Of a DNA stretch of 64,000 bases, positions 20,130 through 29,661 are shown one piece after another. A model generated the notes under the pieces. The model saw only the letters and a program-made list of their open reading frames with translations. It was not told the origin of the DNA and searched no databases. Each line of letters begins with the position of its first letter. The stretch's first letter is position 1. The stretch is from Clostridia bacterium (lineage in GTDB: Bacteria; Bacillota; Clostridia; UMGS1840), in assembly GCA_045631485.1 (NCBI GenBank), contig JAZQUU010000034.1, forward strand, positions 25,457 to 89,456, read 5' to 3'. The translations under genes and the position numbers were made by a program.

Positions 20130-22076
20130 TTAGATGGCACCCAGAGCTTCCATGTAGGGAACTGCTGCTGCGGTACAAGCATCTTCGAATGCATCGATAT
20201 CAACGATACCTTTCATGGTGTTTTCCAGATCAGCCCATCTAGCTTCGAATTCGCCGGGTTTAGCACCTAAAGCGATACGGGTTTTGGATTCCCACTGTTC
20301 TCTGGTGGACCAGAATTCAACAACTTCGGGAATATCAGCATAGATAGAAGCCCAAATCTGAGTGGGCGGATAAGCTACAACGTTTTTAACGTGTTCACTT
20401 TCAGGCGGGAATCTGAAGCCGCCGTCGCCGGTTTCACCATAGTAGTATGCTCTGTTTAAGATTAAGGGGTTGTAGTTGGTGGTGTTGATGGGATATACGG
20501 GGAATCCGGAACCGGAGGTATCACCGAAGCCTAAAGTTTCACCATCTTTTAATGCGTTGGAATCGCCTTCTAAGAAGTACTGGTTGAATCTTTCGTCATT
20601 GAATTTTCTGATGGTTCTGCCGGTTTCAGGATCGGTTTCTTCGTGCCAGATGTCAGCGGACATATCCTGGGGACCCCAAGAAGCGATTTCTTCCCATTCG
20701 TTGGAGTACTGTTCGTCGATCCAGTTTAAGTACTGGTAAACGTCAGCTTCGCTCATGGTGGTGGTTAAAGCTAAAGAGTTCATCCACATAGATCTTTCGG
20801 TGAATGCAGGATATCTGGGATCGTTGGGGATCTGCATAATGAAGGGACGATATCTGAAGGGTTTGCCCATTTCTTCTAACTGGTCGTTTAAGTTACCAAC
20901 CTGGTTAAAGCTGTTAACAGCAGCAATTGCGTACTGACCGTTCATAACTTTTTCCTGATATAAGTTGGTGGGCTGTGCTAAGGATTCGGATTCGATAACT
21001 TCGTCGTTTAACATCTGGTTCTGCAGTCTTGCAGATTCTTTCACGATGTCAGACAGTAAGAATAATTCGTAACGTTTGGTCTGCCAGTTGATAGTACCGG
21101 AATAGCAATGGTTTTTGTAGCCCATTAATTCGGAACCAAACTGAGTTAATGCTAACCAGTTGTCACCACCGTTGTAACCGAAGGGATATACGGTTTTGCC
21201 GTCAACTTTGTAGTTTTTCGCCTGAATAGCGTACATAAAGTCAACTAACTGTTCGGTAGAGTAAATCGGGACATCCAGCATGATATCGCCTAAGGGAGCG
21301 TTGGTTTCTTCTAAGATTGCTACTAATTCGTCGTAAGATTTTGCATTGGGGAAGAAGTCTCTTAAAATGTCGTCACGAACATATAAGCACTGAGTAGATA
21401 AGAAGGTAACGTCAGTTTCATATTTTAACTGAGTTTCTCTGATGTACTGAACGTCTTCTTCGGGATATGCGGTGAAGTCGGGAGCGGTGTATTCCACGCC
21501 ATTGTAAGTCATTTTACCGGTGTAGGGTTCGTCATAGCTTACATGGATGTTGTAAGGAATACCGGTGATGTAGGTTTCGCCGTCTTTGGTAACGGTGAAA
21601 GCTTCCCAACATTCAGCGGGAGTTCTTGCCCACAGGTTGGGAGCAACTTTCTGAATCACTTCGGGATCTAAGTGATACAGAACGTTCATTTCGTCTAATT
21701 TGTTGAAGTGTGCAGGACCCTGGAAAGCGCCACAGAACACAACGTCGGGCATGTTTTTACCGGTTACAAGTCTGGTCAGCTTAGCATCCCAGGAACCGTT
21801 ATCATTACCGTAGATGTTTTTATAAACAACGTTGGTTTTTGCTTCCAGCCAGTCAGCTGTTAAATCGGTGAAGCCCAGGTCTGCGCCCATAGCAAAGTCA
21901 GTACCCTGAGTGTTCCAACCGATGATTTCGAGTACTCTTTCGGGAACGATGTAGTTACCGTTTTCATCGAATTCAACGGATGCTCCCTGTCTCTGTTTGC
22001 TGCCGCCGCAAGCAGCCAGAGAAAGAGCCATAGTTACTGCCATCAGTAACGCAAGGATTCTTTTCATGGTTTTCAT
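20130..22076 (-). CDS. Extracellular solute-binding lipoprotein of a carbohydrate ABC importer (unusually large, 648 aa)
   Basis: The lipobox is LSLAACGGSK after the signal peptide. Size and position match LplA/LipO-type sugar SBPs. It lies directly upstream of the exoenzyme gene and downstream of two permeases. Confidence 0.8.
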   Translation of the reverse strand: MKTMKRILALLMAVTMALSLAACGGSKQRQGASVEFDENGNYIVPERVLEIIGWNTQGTDFAMGADLGFTDLTADWLEAKTNVVYKNIYGNDNGSWDAKLTRLVTGKNMPDVVFCGAFQGPAHFNKLDEMNVLYHLDPEVIQKVAPNLWARTPAECWEAFTVTKDGETYITGIPYNIHVSYDEPYTGKMTYNGVEYTAPDFTAYPEEDVQYIRETQLKYETDVTFLSTQCLYVRDDILRDFFPNAKSYDELVAILEETNAPLGDIMLDVPIYSTEQLVDFMYAIQAKNYKVDGKTVYPFGYNGGDNWLALTQFGSELMGYKNHCYSGTINWQTKRYELFLLSDIVKESARLQNQMLNDEVIESESLAQPTNLYQEKVMNGQYAIAAVNSFNQVGNLNDQLEEMGKPFRYRPFIMQIPNDPRYPAFTERSMWMNSLALTTTMSEADVYQYLNWIDEQYSNEWEEIASWGPQDMSADIWHEETDPETGRTIRKFNDERFNQYFLEGDSNALKDGETLGFGDTSGSGFPVYPINTTNYNPLILNRAYYYGETGDGGFRFPPESEHVKNVVAYPPTQIWASIYADIPEVVEFWSTREQWESKTRIALGAKPGEFEARWADLENTMKGIVDIDAFEDACTAAAVPYMEALGAI

Positions 22077-22170
22077 AATGTTTTCTCCTTTTTATATGTA
22101 TTTTATTTTTACAAAATAATTGAGAAGATTTTTTCCTATATTATATATAATAGTATAGGAAATTTTCGGA

Positions 22171-23058
22171 TTAACCTTTTACCGCACCAACATTGATACC
22201 TTTGATGAAGTATTTCTGCAAGAAGGGATACACCATCAGAATCGGTAAGGTGGTAACAATCAAGGTTGCTGCTTTTACGGTGTCACCGGTAACACGGGGA
22301 ACATTCTGCCCTTTACTCATAGCAGACTGCATAGACATCTGGTTTGCAGTTTCTGCTTCTTTTACCAGACGCATCATTAAATACTGCAGAGTATGTAATT
22401 CGGGGTCGGTAACGTAAATCAAGGTAGAGGTCCAGTCGTTCCATGCACCAACGGATACCCACAACGCTACGCAGGCAACAACAGGTAAGGTCATGGGGAA
22501 GATAATTCTGAACATGATGATTAAATCGTTCGCACCGTCAATCTTCGCACTTTCTTCCATTTCGGGAGGCAGTTCCTGAAGATAAGAACGGATAATAATC
22601 ATATTATAGAAGCCGAACAAACCGGGAAGGATATATACCCAGAAGTTATCCAATAAGCCCATGTTAGAAATGTTGATGTAGCTGGGGATGGTACCAACGG
22701 GGATATAACCGGGTAACATTAAGAATAAAGTTAAGAATTTTCTGTAAGGTAATCCTCTTCTGGTCAGGCCGTATGCAGCTGCATAGGTTACCAGCAGAGC
22801 CAAGGTGGTGGCGCAGATAACTCTTAATACAGAAATTTTCGCCGCCTGCATAAAGGAGGGGTTAGAAAATAAGGTAACATAGTTTTCCCAGGTGAAATCT
22901 CTGGGGATGATGGTGATACCGCCTGCCATCGCATCTCTACCGTCGTTTAAAGAAATCGCTAACTGATTTAAGTACGGATAAACAGAGATGACGCAGATAA
23001 GTACCATAATGATGGCGTTAACCACACTGAAGATTTTTTCTCCTAAACTTCTTTTCAT
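22171..23058 (-). CDS. Carbohydrate ABC transporter permease (LplC/AraQ-type)
   Basis: A multi-pass membrane protein with the EAA-like loop (EESAKIDGANDLIIMFRIIFP). I prefer the ATG at 23058, preceded by AAGGAGGAG that follows the upstream stop. The ORF track starts at 23079. Confidence 0.85.
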   Translation of the reverse strand: MKRSLGEKIFSVVNAIIMVLICVISVYPYLNQLAISLNDGRDAMAGGITIIPRDFTWENYVTLFSNPSFMQAAKISVLRVICATTLALLVTYAAAYGLTRRGLPYRKFLTLFLMLPGYIPVGTIPSYINISNMGLLDNFWVYILPGLFGFYNMIIIRSYLQELPPEMEESAKIDGANDLIIMFRIIFPMTLPVVACVALWVSVGAWNDWTSTLIYVTDPELHTLQYLMMRLVKEAETANQMSMQSAMSKGQNVPRVTGDTVKAATLIVTTLPILMVYPFLQKYFIKGINVGAVKG

Positions 23059-23072
23059 TTTGATACTCCTCC

Positions 23073-24068
23073 TTACCAAATACTCTGTTCGGTTACTTTC
23101 TTGGAAATCCAGTTTGCCAAAGTTACCAAGAACAAGCTAACCAGACCCTGGAACAGACCGAATGCGGTAGTAGCGGAATAGTCACCGCCCATAATACCAC
23201 GACGATATACGATAGTACCGATTACTTCGTTGTCCAACTGAGTAAATGCGTTCTGCATACCGAATACCTGCTCGAAGTTTACGTTTACCAAGCCGCCCAA
23301 GGACATAATCAGAATGATTACCATGGTGGGTTTGATGGAAGGCAGGGTGATATGCCAGATCTGTTTCCATTTGCCGCAACCGTCAATGCTTGCTGCTTCA
23401 TACAGACCGGGGTCGATACCGGTGATAGCTGCAAGGAATACAACGGAGGAGTAACCAACGCTCTTCCATAAGTGAGAGAAGAACATGATGGTTAAGAAAT
23501 ACTCGGATTTCATTAAGGGGTTTGAGGGAACCCAATCCTTAATAAGAATGCCCATCAACTGGTTGAAGGGACCTTCTTTTGCCAGGAAGGTGTATAACAA
23601 ACCGATAACGGAAATCCAGGATAAGAAATGAGGGAAGTATGCAATGGTCTGAGTCACTTTCTTAAACCATTTACTTCTGATTTCGTTAAACATTAAGGCT
23701 AAGATAATCGGGAAGGGATAACCTCCGAATAAAATAACCAGACCGAACACAACGGTGTTCTTAACTGCTTTGAACATTTCGGGATCTTTGAAGATGTTGA
23801 TGAAATGTTCAAAACCGTAGTTAGCTGCCCAGGGAGAACCCAGGATACCGTCTACGGGATGGAAATTCTTGAATGCCATAACAATACCGTACATCGGGAA
23901 GTACGAGAAGATGATTGTTACCACAATCGCCGGCAGAATCATTAAGTATGCTCCGCTGAATTTCCAGAGGTTGAAGAAAAGACCACGTTTCTTCTTAGGT
24001 GCTGCAACAAGCTCGGTGCCAACAGGAGCCACAGCTTGTTCCATTTGCTGTTCCATTACTTTTTTCAT
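23073..24068 (-). CDS. Carbohydrate ABC transporter permease (LplB-type)
   Basis: A membrane protein with the EAA loop (YEAASIDGCGKWKQIWHITLP). I prefer the start MKKVMEQQ at 24068, preceded by AAGGTGGAATGAG. The ORF track extends to 24137. Confidence 0.8.
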   Translation of the reverse strand: MKKVMEQQMEQAVAPVGTELVAAPKKKRGLFFNLWKFSGAYLMILPAIVVTIIFSYFPMYGIVMAFKNFHPVDGILGSPWAANYGFEHFINIFKDPEMFKAVKNTVVFGLVILFGGYPFPIILALMFNEIRSKWFKKVTQTIAYFPHFLSWISVIGLLYTFLAKEGPFNQLMGILIKDWVPSNPLMKSEYFLTIMFFSHLWKSVGYSSVVFLAAITGIDPGLYEAASIDGCGKWKQIWHITLPSIKPTMVIILIMSLGGLVNVNFEQVFGMQNAFTQLDNEVIGTIVYRRGIMGGDYSATTAFGLFQGLVSLFLVTLANWISKKVTEQSIW

Positions 24069-24322
24069 CTTTGTCTCATTCCACCTTACTTTAATGATTT
24101 TTTGCGTTTGGAACACGCGGATTCTTCCGCACTTCAATTTTCGAACCGCCTACCCCCGAATCGGTTTTCACAGACGACAAAATGGACAAAGTTCACCCTT
24201 TTTTTATAGGAGTGGACATTGCCCTGCCCGCAGGTATCATCGTCACAAAAAACGACGCCCGGGAATCGGTTCGTTCAGAAATTGTAGTTTTTGGTCGAAC
24301 CCAAGTATGTTATTTTGTCTAT

Positions 24323-24351
24323 ATTATACAAAAAAAAAGCGATTTTTGCAA
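24323..24351 (-). promoter_or_regulatory. Sigma-A-type promoter for the ABC/exoenzyme operon
   Basis: The minus strand reads TTGCAA (24351..24346), a 17-nt spacer, then TATAAT (24328..24323). This implies a ~250-nt leader before the permease start. Confidence 0.55.
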
Positions 24352-24686
24352 CCCATAATCTGCTTTTTTTATATCCGAAAATTTGCTTTTTTTCAATCAT
24401 ATCCTATGTTTTTGGCAGATTTTGGGTCTTGACACCGTCAAATAACACTTTTTTGTAAAAAAATGGGAATTTTTGAGGTAAAATTTTGCATTTAGCTTTT
24501 GGTCGGATTGCGAAAAAGATGCAAAAGCACATTTTTGACAAATAAAAGCAGATTTTCGGGGTATCAAAAAAGCGAATTTTAGGTTTACAAACAACTCAAG
24601 ATAATTTATACTGATATCAAGATGGTGCAGTCTGCAAAAAACAGACTCGCGTCCCCTCATATTCAGGATCGAAAGGATTGAAAAAT

Positions 24687-26369
24687 ATGGCAAATTATGA
24701 ACTGAAGTTCAAACAGGTTTCTTCTCTGGAAAAAGTGTTTTTCGATAAAGAACCCACTCTGGACTCCATCAGTGGCGGTTCCGCTTTAAAAGGCGAAGAA
24801 TATTCCTATCAGATTGCTTTCACCAAAGTGTTCCGCAAGGACTGGTGGGCAGGAAGAAGCGATATGAAAATCAGCGTTAATTCCGAGCTGGCACCCTATA
24901 TCACCGTGAGAAAAGTACGAAATGTGCCTGTGGAACTGGCTGCATTCCCCACCAAACACGATGACGGATATTATTCCTTAAACTCCGGAATGTATCCCGA
25001 TCCTTTGATGCCCATCAGCGAGGAGGATCCCGTTTATGCAGTTTGCTACAAATGGCACGCACTCTGGGTAAGCATCCGTGTTCCCGAAGATTGCAAGCCG
25101 GGTGTTTATCCCATCGAAGTTGTGTTTGAAACCACCGAGCCTCACGACGATTACAAGGGCTCCGTTGTGTTCAATCTGGAAGTTATTGATGTGAAGCTTC
25201 CCAAGCAGGAAATGATTTTCACCCAGTGGTTCCATTGTGACTGTATTGCCGATTTGCACGACTGCGAAATTTTTTCCGACAAGCATTGGGAAATGATTGA
25301 AAAATACATCCGTGTGGCTGTGGATAACGGCGTGAATATGCTCTTAACCCCCATCTTCACTCCCCCTCTTGACACTGCATATTTATCCGAAAGAAAAACC
25401 GTTCAGTTGGTGGATTGCTATTGTGATAACGGCAAATATTCTTTTCAATTTGATAAGCTTGACAAATGGATTGACATTTGCTTAAAAAATGGCGTTCAAT
25501 ATTTTGAAATGAGCCATCTGTTCACTCAGTGGGGTGCGGTTCAGACTCCCAAAATCGTTGTAATTGCAGACGGCAAGGAAGAAAAACGCTTCGGATGGCA
25601 CGTGGAAGCAAAAGAACCTATCTATAAAGAATTCATTGATGCAATGATGCCCGAGTTGGTTGCTTTCTTAAAAGCAAAGGGCATTCAGGACAAAGTTTAT
25701 TTCCATGTTTCCGACGAACCCTTCTTAAGCTTAGGTCATTTGGAAACGTATAAATATGCGAAAGAATTGTTGGCTCCATACACCGAAGGATTCAAAATGC
25801 TGGATGCTCTTTCCGACATTGATTTCTATAAAGAAGGTCTGGTGAACACTCCCGTTCCCGCTATCGACCATATTGAAAAATTCCTGGAAGAAGACATTAA
25901 AAACCGTTGGGTTTACTATTGCTCCGCTCAGGCGAAGGATGTGTCCAATCGTTTCTTGTCTCAGCCCTCTCCCCGTAACAGAATTATGGGAACCCAGATG
26001 TTTAAATACGATTGTGTGGGCTTCCTCCATTGGGGCTACAATTATTTCTACTCCATTCTGTCAAAAGGTGTGATTAACCCCTTTGAAACCGTGGATTCCG
26101 GCGGAGCATTCCCCGCAGGGGATGCCTTCAGCGTGTATCCCTACGGTGATGACGTGGTGGAAAGTATCCGTTTGAAAGTATTCAAAGAAGGCATTCAGGA
26201 CTACACCGCTATGCACCTTTTAGCAAGCTACAAAGGCAAAGAATTTGTGGTGAATCTGATTGAAGAAATCGCAGGTCAGGAAATCCGTTTCGACAGCTTC
26301 CCCTACTTTGGCGATTACATTCTCCGTTATCGTGAAAGAATCAATCAGGAACTGAAAAACCTTATCTAA
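24687..26369 (+). CDS. DUF4091-domain protein (GH123-like glycoside hydrolase candidate), cytoplasmic
   Basis: A 560-aa ORF with no signal peptide (MANYELKFKQVSSLEKVFFDKEP...). The overall pattern matches my recollection of DUF4091 proteins, the domain found in GH123 beta-N-acetylgalactosaminidases. ATG 24687 with AAAGGA upstream is preferred over the track's TTG at 24678. Confidence 0.6.
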   Translation: MANYELKFKQVSSLEKVFFDKEPTLDSISGGSALKGEEYSYQIAFTKVFRKDWWAGRSDMKISVNSELAPYITVRKVRNVPVELAAFPTKHDDGYYSLNSGMYPDPLMPISEEDPVYAVCYKWHALWVSIRVPEDCKPGVYPIEVVFETTEPHDDYKGSVVFNLEVIDVKLPKQEMIFTQWFHCDCIADLHDCEIFSDKHWEMIEKYIRVAVDNGVNMLLTPIFTPPLDTAYLSERKTVQLVDCYCDNGKYSFQFDKLDKWIDICLKNGVQYFEMSHLFTQWGAVQTPKIVVIADGKEEKRFGWHVEAKEPIYKEFIDAMMPELVAFLKAKGIQDKVYFHVSDEPFLSLGHLETYKYAKELLAPYTEGFKMLDALSDIDFYKEGLVNTPVPAIDHIEKFLEEDIKNRWVYYCSAQAKDVSNRFLSQPSPRNRIMGTQMFKYDCVGFLHWGYNYFYSILSKGVINPFETVDSGGAFPAGDAFSVYPYGDDVVESIRLKVFKEGIQDYTAMHLLASYKGKEFVVNLIEEIAGQEIRFDSFPYFGDYILRYRERINQELKNLI

Positions 26370-26435
26370 ATCTATCAGGAAAACCGCTGCCGACCCTTCA
26401 AAAGACCATCTCCAAGAGCGGCGCGAGGTATCTTT

Positions 26436-27989
26436 ATGTATAAAATATTACTTGTGGATGACAATTATGTCCATCTGCAGAGTCTGCTCAGCTATATTGA
26501 GCCGGAAGAATTTAATATCAGCGGCATCAAAATTTCCCAAAGCGGAACGGAGGCTCTTGAAATCTGCAAAGAATTCAGACCCGATGTTGTTATCACAGAC
26601 ATTTCCATGCCGGAGCTTGACGGGATTGAACTGACAAGTGAAATCCGCAAAATGGGAATTGATGCTCAGTTTATCTACATCAGTTGCTATGACGATGTGG
26701 AATATTTCAGGCGCGCCATCGACAATCAGGTGTTGGCGTATCTGATGAAGCCCATCATTCCCGAAGAACTGAAAAATGCCATTCAAAAGGCAATCAGCAA
26801 AGCGGCAAAAAACATCGAAACCGCCAACAGTTTGCAGCTTGGACGGGAAAATTATGTGTATCGTCTGCTTTCTTCGGACAACACGGAGGCATCTCATTTA
26901 TATGAGGCTGCCCCCGCTCTTCTGATGCAGGATTACAAGCATTTTATTGTGGTGAAAGCAAAATTCCCGGAAGCGCAGGAAGATGTTCTTTCTGCCTACC
27001 ACGATTTTAAGGACTTTCCCGAATTGTCCAACCGCGGAATTTCTTCCGTGGTGCTTCCCGACGGAGCAGACTCCATCCTCATTCTCTTTATGAGTGAGCA
27101 GGAGGGAGATTTTCAGGATATCATCCGCAGTGTGATGTGCAATCATATCAAGGATTTGTTCGACCGCTACGCCGTAACCGTGAAGGCAGGCGCCTCAGAC
27201 ACGGGCGGTAATCTGTTCGAATTAAAATCTCTGGAAAAACAGGCAGATTCTGCTTTAAAAACCAATCTGGAACTGATTCGTTCCGACTATATTGCCTACT
27301 CTGATATTTCCATGAAAAACCTTTCGTTTAACTTTATTGCATATAACGAAGCCGTTTCCGGTCTTGTGAGAGCAGACACCACTCCGGCAGAAATCAGTCA
27401 GTTTATCAGAACCTTTAATTTCTCCGAGCCCGAATGCGACGAAACCCTTTTAAAAGAGCTTTATTTATCCACCGTTTCGTCCATTCAGTCCGTGCTCTTA
27501 AAAAACGGCATTGATATTGCGCAGATTGTGGGCAGAACCGACCTTTCTTACCATAAAATCAACCGTTTTTCCGACCCGGAGCATTTTCTCATCTGGCTCA
27601 GAAACATTCTCACATTAACCGGAGAATATTTAAAGAATTACAAAGGGAAATCCCAGTTTGCCTTGGTGCAGAAAACCATCAATTATATTCACAAAAATTT
27701 CCCCACCATTTCTTCTATTGAGGAAATTGCATCTCAGCTGTTTGTGAGCTATTCCCATTTGCGAAATGTGTTTAAAAAAGAGCTTGGAATCACCATTTAC
27801 GACTATCTGCTTTCGGTTCGTATGGAAGAGGCGAAAAAGCTTCTCTCCACCAGTAAAATGAACCTGACTCAGATTGCCTACAAGGTGGGTTACAGCGATT
27901 ACGATTATTTTAAAACCGTTTTCACCAAGTACAACGGCATCACTCCCCGAGAATTTCAACAAAACAACAATAAAACCACCGAAAACTGA
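26436..27989 (+). CDS. Two-component response regulator with AraC-type HTH output (YesN-like)
   Basis: The N-terminal receiver is MYKILLVDDN...DVVITDISMPELDGIEL. The C-terminal AraC HTH is ..IEEIASQLFVSYSHLRNVFKKELGITIYDYLLSVRMEEAKKLL..IAYKVGYSDYDYFKTVFTKYNGITPREF. Confidence 0.9.
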   Translation: MYKILLVDDNYVHLQSLLSYIEPEEFNISGIKISQSGTEALEICKEFRPDVVITDISMPELDGIELTSEIRKMGIDAQFIYISCYDDVEYFRRAIDNQVLAYLMKPIIPEELKNAIQKAISKAAKNIETANSLQLGRENYVYRLLSSDNTEASHLYEAAPALLMQDYKHFIVVKAKFPEAQEDVLSAYHDFKDFPELSNRGISSVVLPDGADSILILFMSEQEGDFQDIIRSVMCNHIKDLFDRYAVTVKAGASDTGGNLFELKSLEKQADSALKTNLELIRSDYIAYSDISMKNLSFNFIAYNEAVSGLVRADTTPAEISQFIRTFNFSEPECDETLLKELYLSTVSSIQSVLLKNGIDIAQIVGRTDLSYHKINRFSDPEHFLIWLRNILTLTGEYLKNYKGKSQFALVQKTINYIHKNFPTISSIEEIASQLFVSYSHLRNVFKKELGITIYDYLLSVRMEEAKKLLSTSKMNLTQIAYKVGYSDYDYFKTVFTKYNGITPREFQQNNNKTTEN

Positions 27990-28000
27990 GGTGTCACACG

Positions 28001-29593
28001 ATGAAAAAACCGATACGCAAAAGTTTACTGGAACAGATTTTATACGGTAACATCCGCGTTATCGGTTTTTTTGTGTTGCTTGTGTGGATTTACGGGATGA
28101 TTTCGGTGTCGTATAACACCTATCAGACAGAGCTTATGCAGCTTAGCGAGGATTTAACCACCTGCACAGACACGGTGGAGGAATCCCTCCATCAGGCCAT
28201 TATTCACTCGGAGCACATTGTGCAATCATCCTATATCAACGACGCCCTGAAGCAATCGGAATATTCCATCGATGAAATGTTGGAAATGCTGGACTTTTCC
28301 AACGAAATTATGGTGGCATCCTCCGGCACGCAGAACAGTCCGAAAATTTTCACCCCCAATGAAACTCTTTTTGAATCCCGTTGGTATTCCCATTGCTCCA
28401 ACCTGGCGGAATATCAAACCGTTCTGGAGCGTTTTGAAACCGAAAAATCGGACATTGTTTTCAGCGAAACCATCGAAAAAATGAACATGGATATGACCCG
28501 TGTCACCATGTATCGCAGAATGCCGAGAAACCCCGGAAATATTCTGCGTTATCAGATTATGCTTCAAAACAACAATGTATCGAGCATTCCTGCGGAGATT
28601 GTGTTTTTCTCCGATAAAAAGGCATCGGATACCTCCAATTATCTGTCCGACCCCATCAATGACAGTCTCACCTGCGTGATAAAAATTCCCAAAGCAGCCC
28701 TGAAGCAACGATGCATCTGGGTGTTGGTTGCGGGATTGATTATCCTAATGATTCTCTTTGGAGCAATTATTCATATTTCCCGTAAAACCGCCCGTTCTAC
28801 CCTGCAGGAAATCTACCATTTTATGGAAACGATAGACAGAGAAGACCTGCTTTATGACAGTGAATTTTTCCGAAAGGAATACGACATCTACGAACTGAAC
28901 ACCATCAAAGAAACCTTGCATAAGCTTGCAATGGATTTAAAAGAATATCACGACACAATCAAAAATGCGGAGTTGGAAAACAAGCAACTGGAAATGGAAC
29001 GTCTTTCCATGCAGTTGGACCCCCACATGCTCTATAATTCCCTATCCTCCATTCGTTTGGATGCCTACCGCATCAAAAACGAAAAAATTATGAATCTGGT
29101 GGATAATATGGCGCTTTATTATCGGGAAATTTTAAAGAAAGACCGTAAGTTTATCCCCGTTCGGGATGAAATTGAAACCATCAAAAAATATCTGTTTATC
29201 AACGAATTGTCTCACGAGAAAAAATATCCTCTGACCGTGGAAATTGAGCCTTCGCTTCTTACGCTCTCCATTCCGCCTCAGTTCTTCCACACCTTCGTGG
29301 AAAATTCGGTGGTGCACGGGCTTTCCGGTGCCAAAAACGATTGTGAAATCAAAATCACTATGGCGGAAAAAGACGGTGAAATCATCACCGAAATTTACGA
29401 TAACGGCTACGGAATCACTCCCGAAAAATTAGCAGAATTAAACAGCGGAACCCAGGCAAAAAAACATATTGGTATTTCCAATTCCCAAAAACGAATGAAG
29501 CTCTTTTTCGGAGAAGAAAGCTCCATCCGTTTTGAAAGCGAAAAGGGAAAATACACCAGGGTAATCATCCGCTTTAAAAAGCCGTCGGCATAA
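28001..29593 (+). CDS. Membrane sensor histidine kinase (YesM-like, His_kinase/HATPase_c)
   Basis: Two TM segments flank a ~200-aa extracytoplasmic domain. The kinase motifs are LQLDPHMLYNSLSSI (H-box region), VENSVVHG and DNGYGI. It is adjacent to the AraC-type regulator. Confidence 0.85.
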   Translation: MKKPIRKSLLEQILYGNIRVIGFFVLLVWIYGMISVSYNTYQTELMQLSEDLTTCTDTVEESLHQAIIHSEHIVQSSYINDALKQSEYSIDEMLEMLDFSNEIMVASSGTQNSPKIFTPNETLFESRWYSHCSNLAEYQTVLERFETEKSDIVFSETIEKMNMDMTRVTMYRRMPRNPGNILRYQIMLQNNNVSSIPAEIVFFSDKKASDTSNYLSDPINDSLTCVIKIPKAALKQRCIWVLVAGLIILMILFGAIIHISRKTARSTLQEIYHFMETIDREDLLYDSEFFRKEYDIYELNTIKETLHKLAMDLKEYHDTIKNAELENKQLEMERLSMQLDPHMLYNSLSSIRLDAYRIKNEKIMNLVDNMALYYREILKKDRKFIPVRDEIETIKKYLFINELSHEKKYPLTVEIEPSLLTLSIPPQFFHTFVENSVVHGLSGAKNDCEIKITMAEKDGEIITEIYDNGYGITPEKLAELNSGTQAKKHIGISNSQKRMKLFFGEESSIRFESEKGKYTRVIIRFKKPSA

Positions 29594-29600
29594 AACGCAA

Positions 29601-29661
29601 TCACCTCTCATATATTGTATCAATCAAGCAACCGATACAATTTGGAGAGGTGATTTTTTTT
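29601..29661 (+). terminator. Long hairpin plus T-run after the kinase gene; its 3' arm contains the spoIIID ribosome-binding site
   Basis: TCACCTCTC (29601..29609) pairs with GAGAGGTGA (29645..29653). An inner ATTGTATC/GATACAAT pairing is also present. TTTTTTTT follows at 29654..29661. Confidence 0.6.

Noticed and set aside
23869-24693. A 187-aa plus-strand ORF (23869..24432) and a 98-aa minus-strand ORF (24397..24693) in the ABC / DUF4091 divergent region.
   Set aside because: The first is antisense to the permease N-terminus and then runs through AT-rich leader DNA. The second is low-complexity, Phe/Lys/Ile-rich AT-rich spacer. Neither has an RBS or a recognisable domain.
29608-29641. A possible sigma-E promoter for spoIIID inside the hairpin (TCATATA ... 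GATACAAT).
   Set aside because: The -35-like and -10-like elements are 19 nt apart rather than the ~14 nt expected. A start site after the -10 would also remove the ribosome-binding site from the mRNA.
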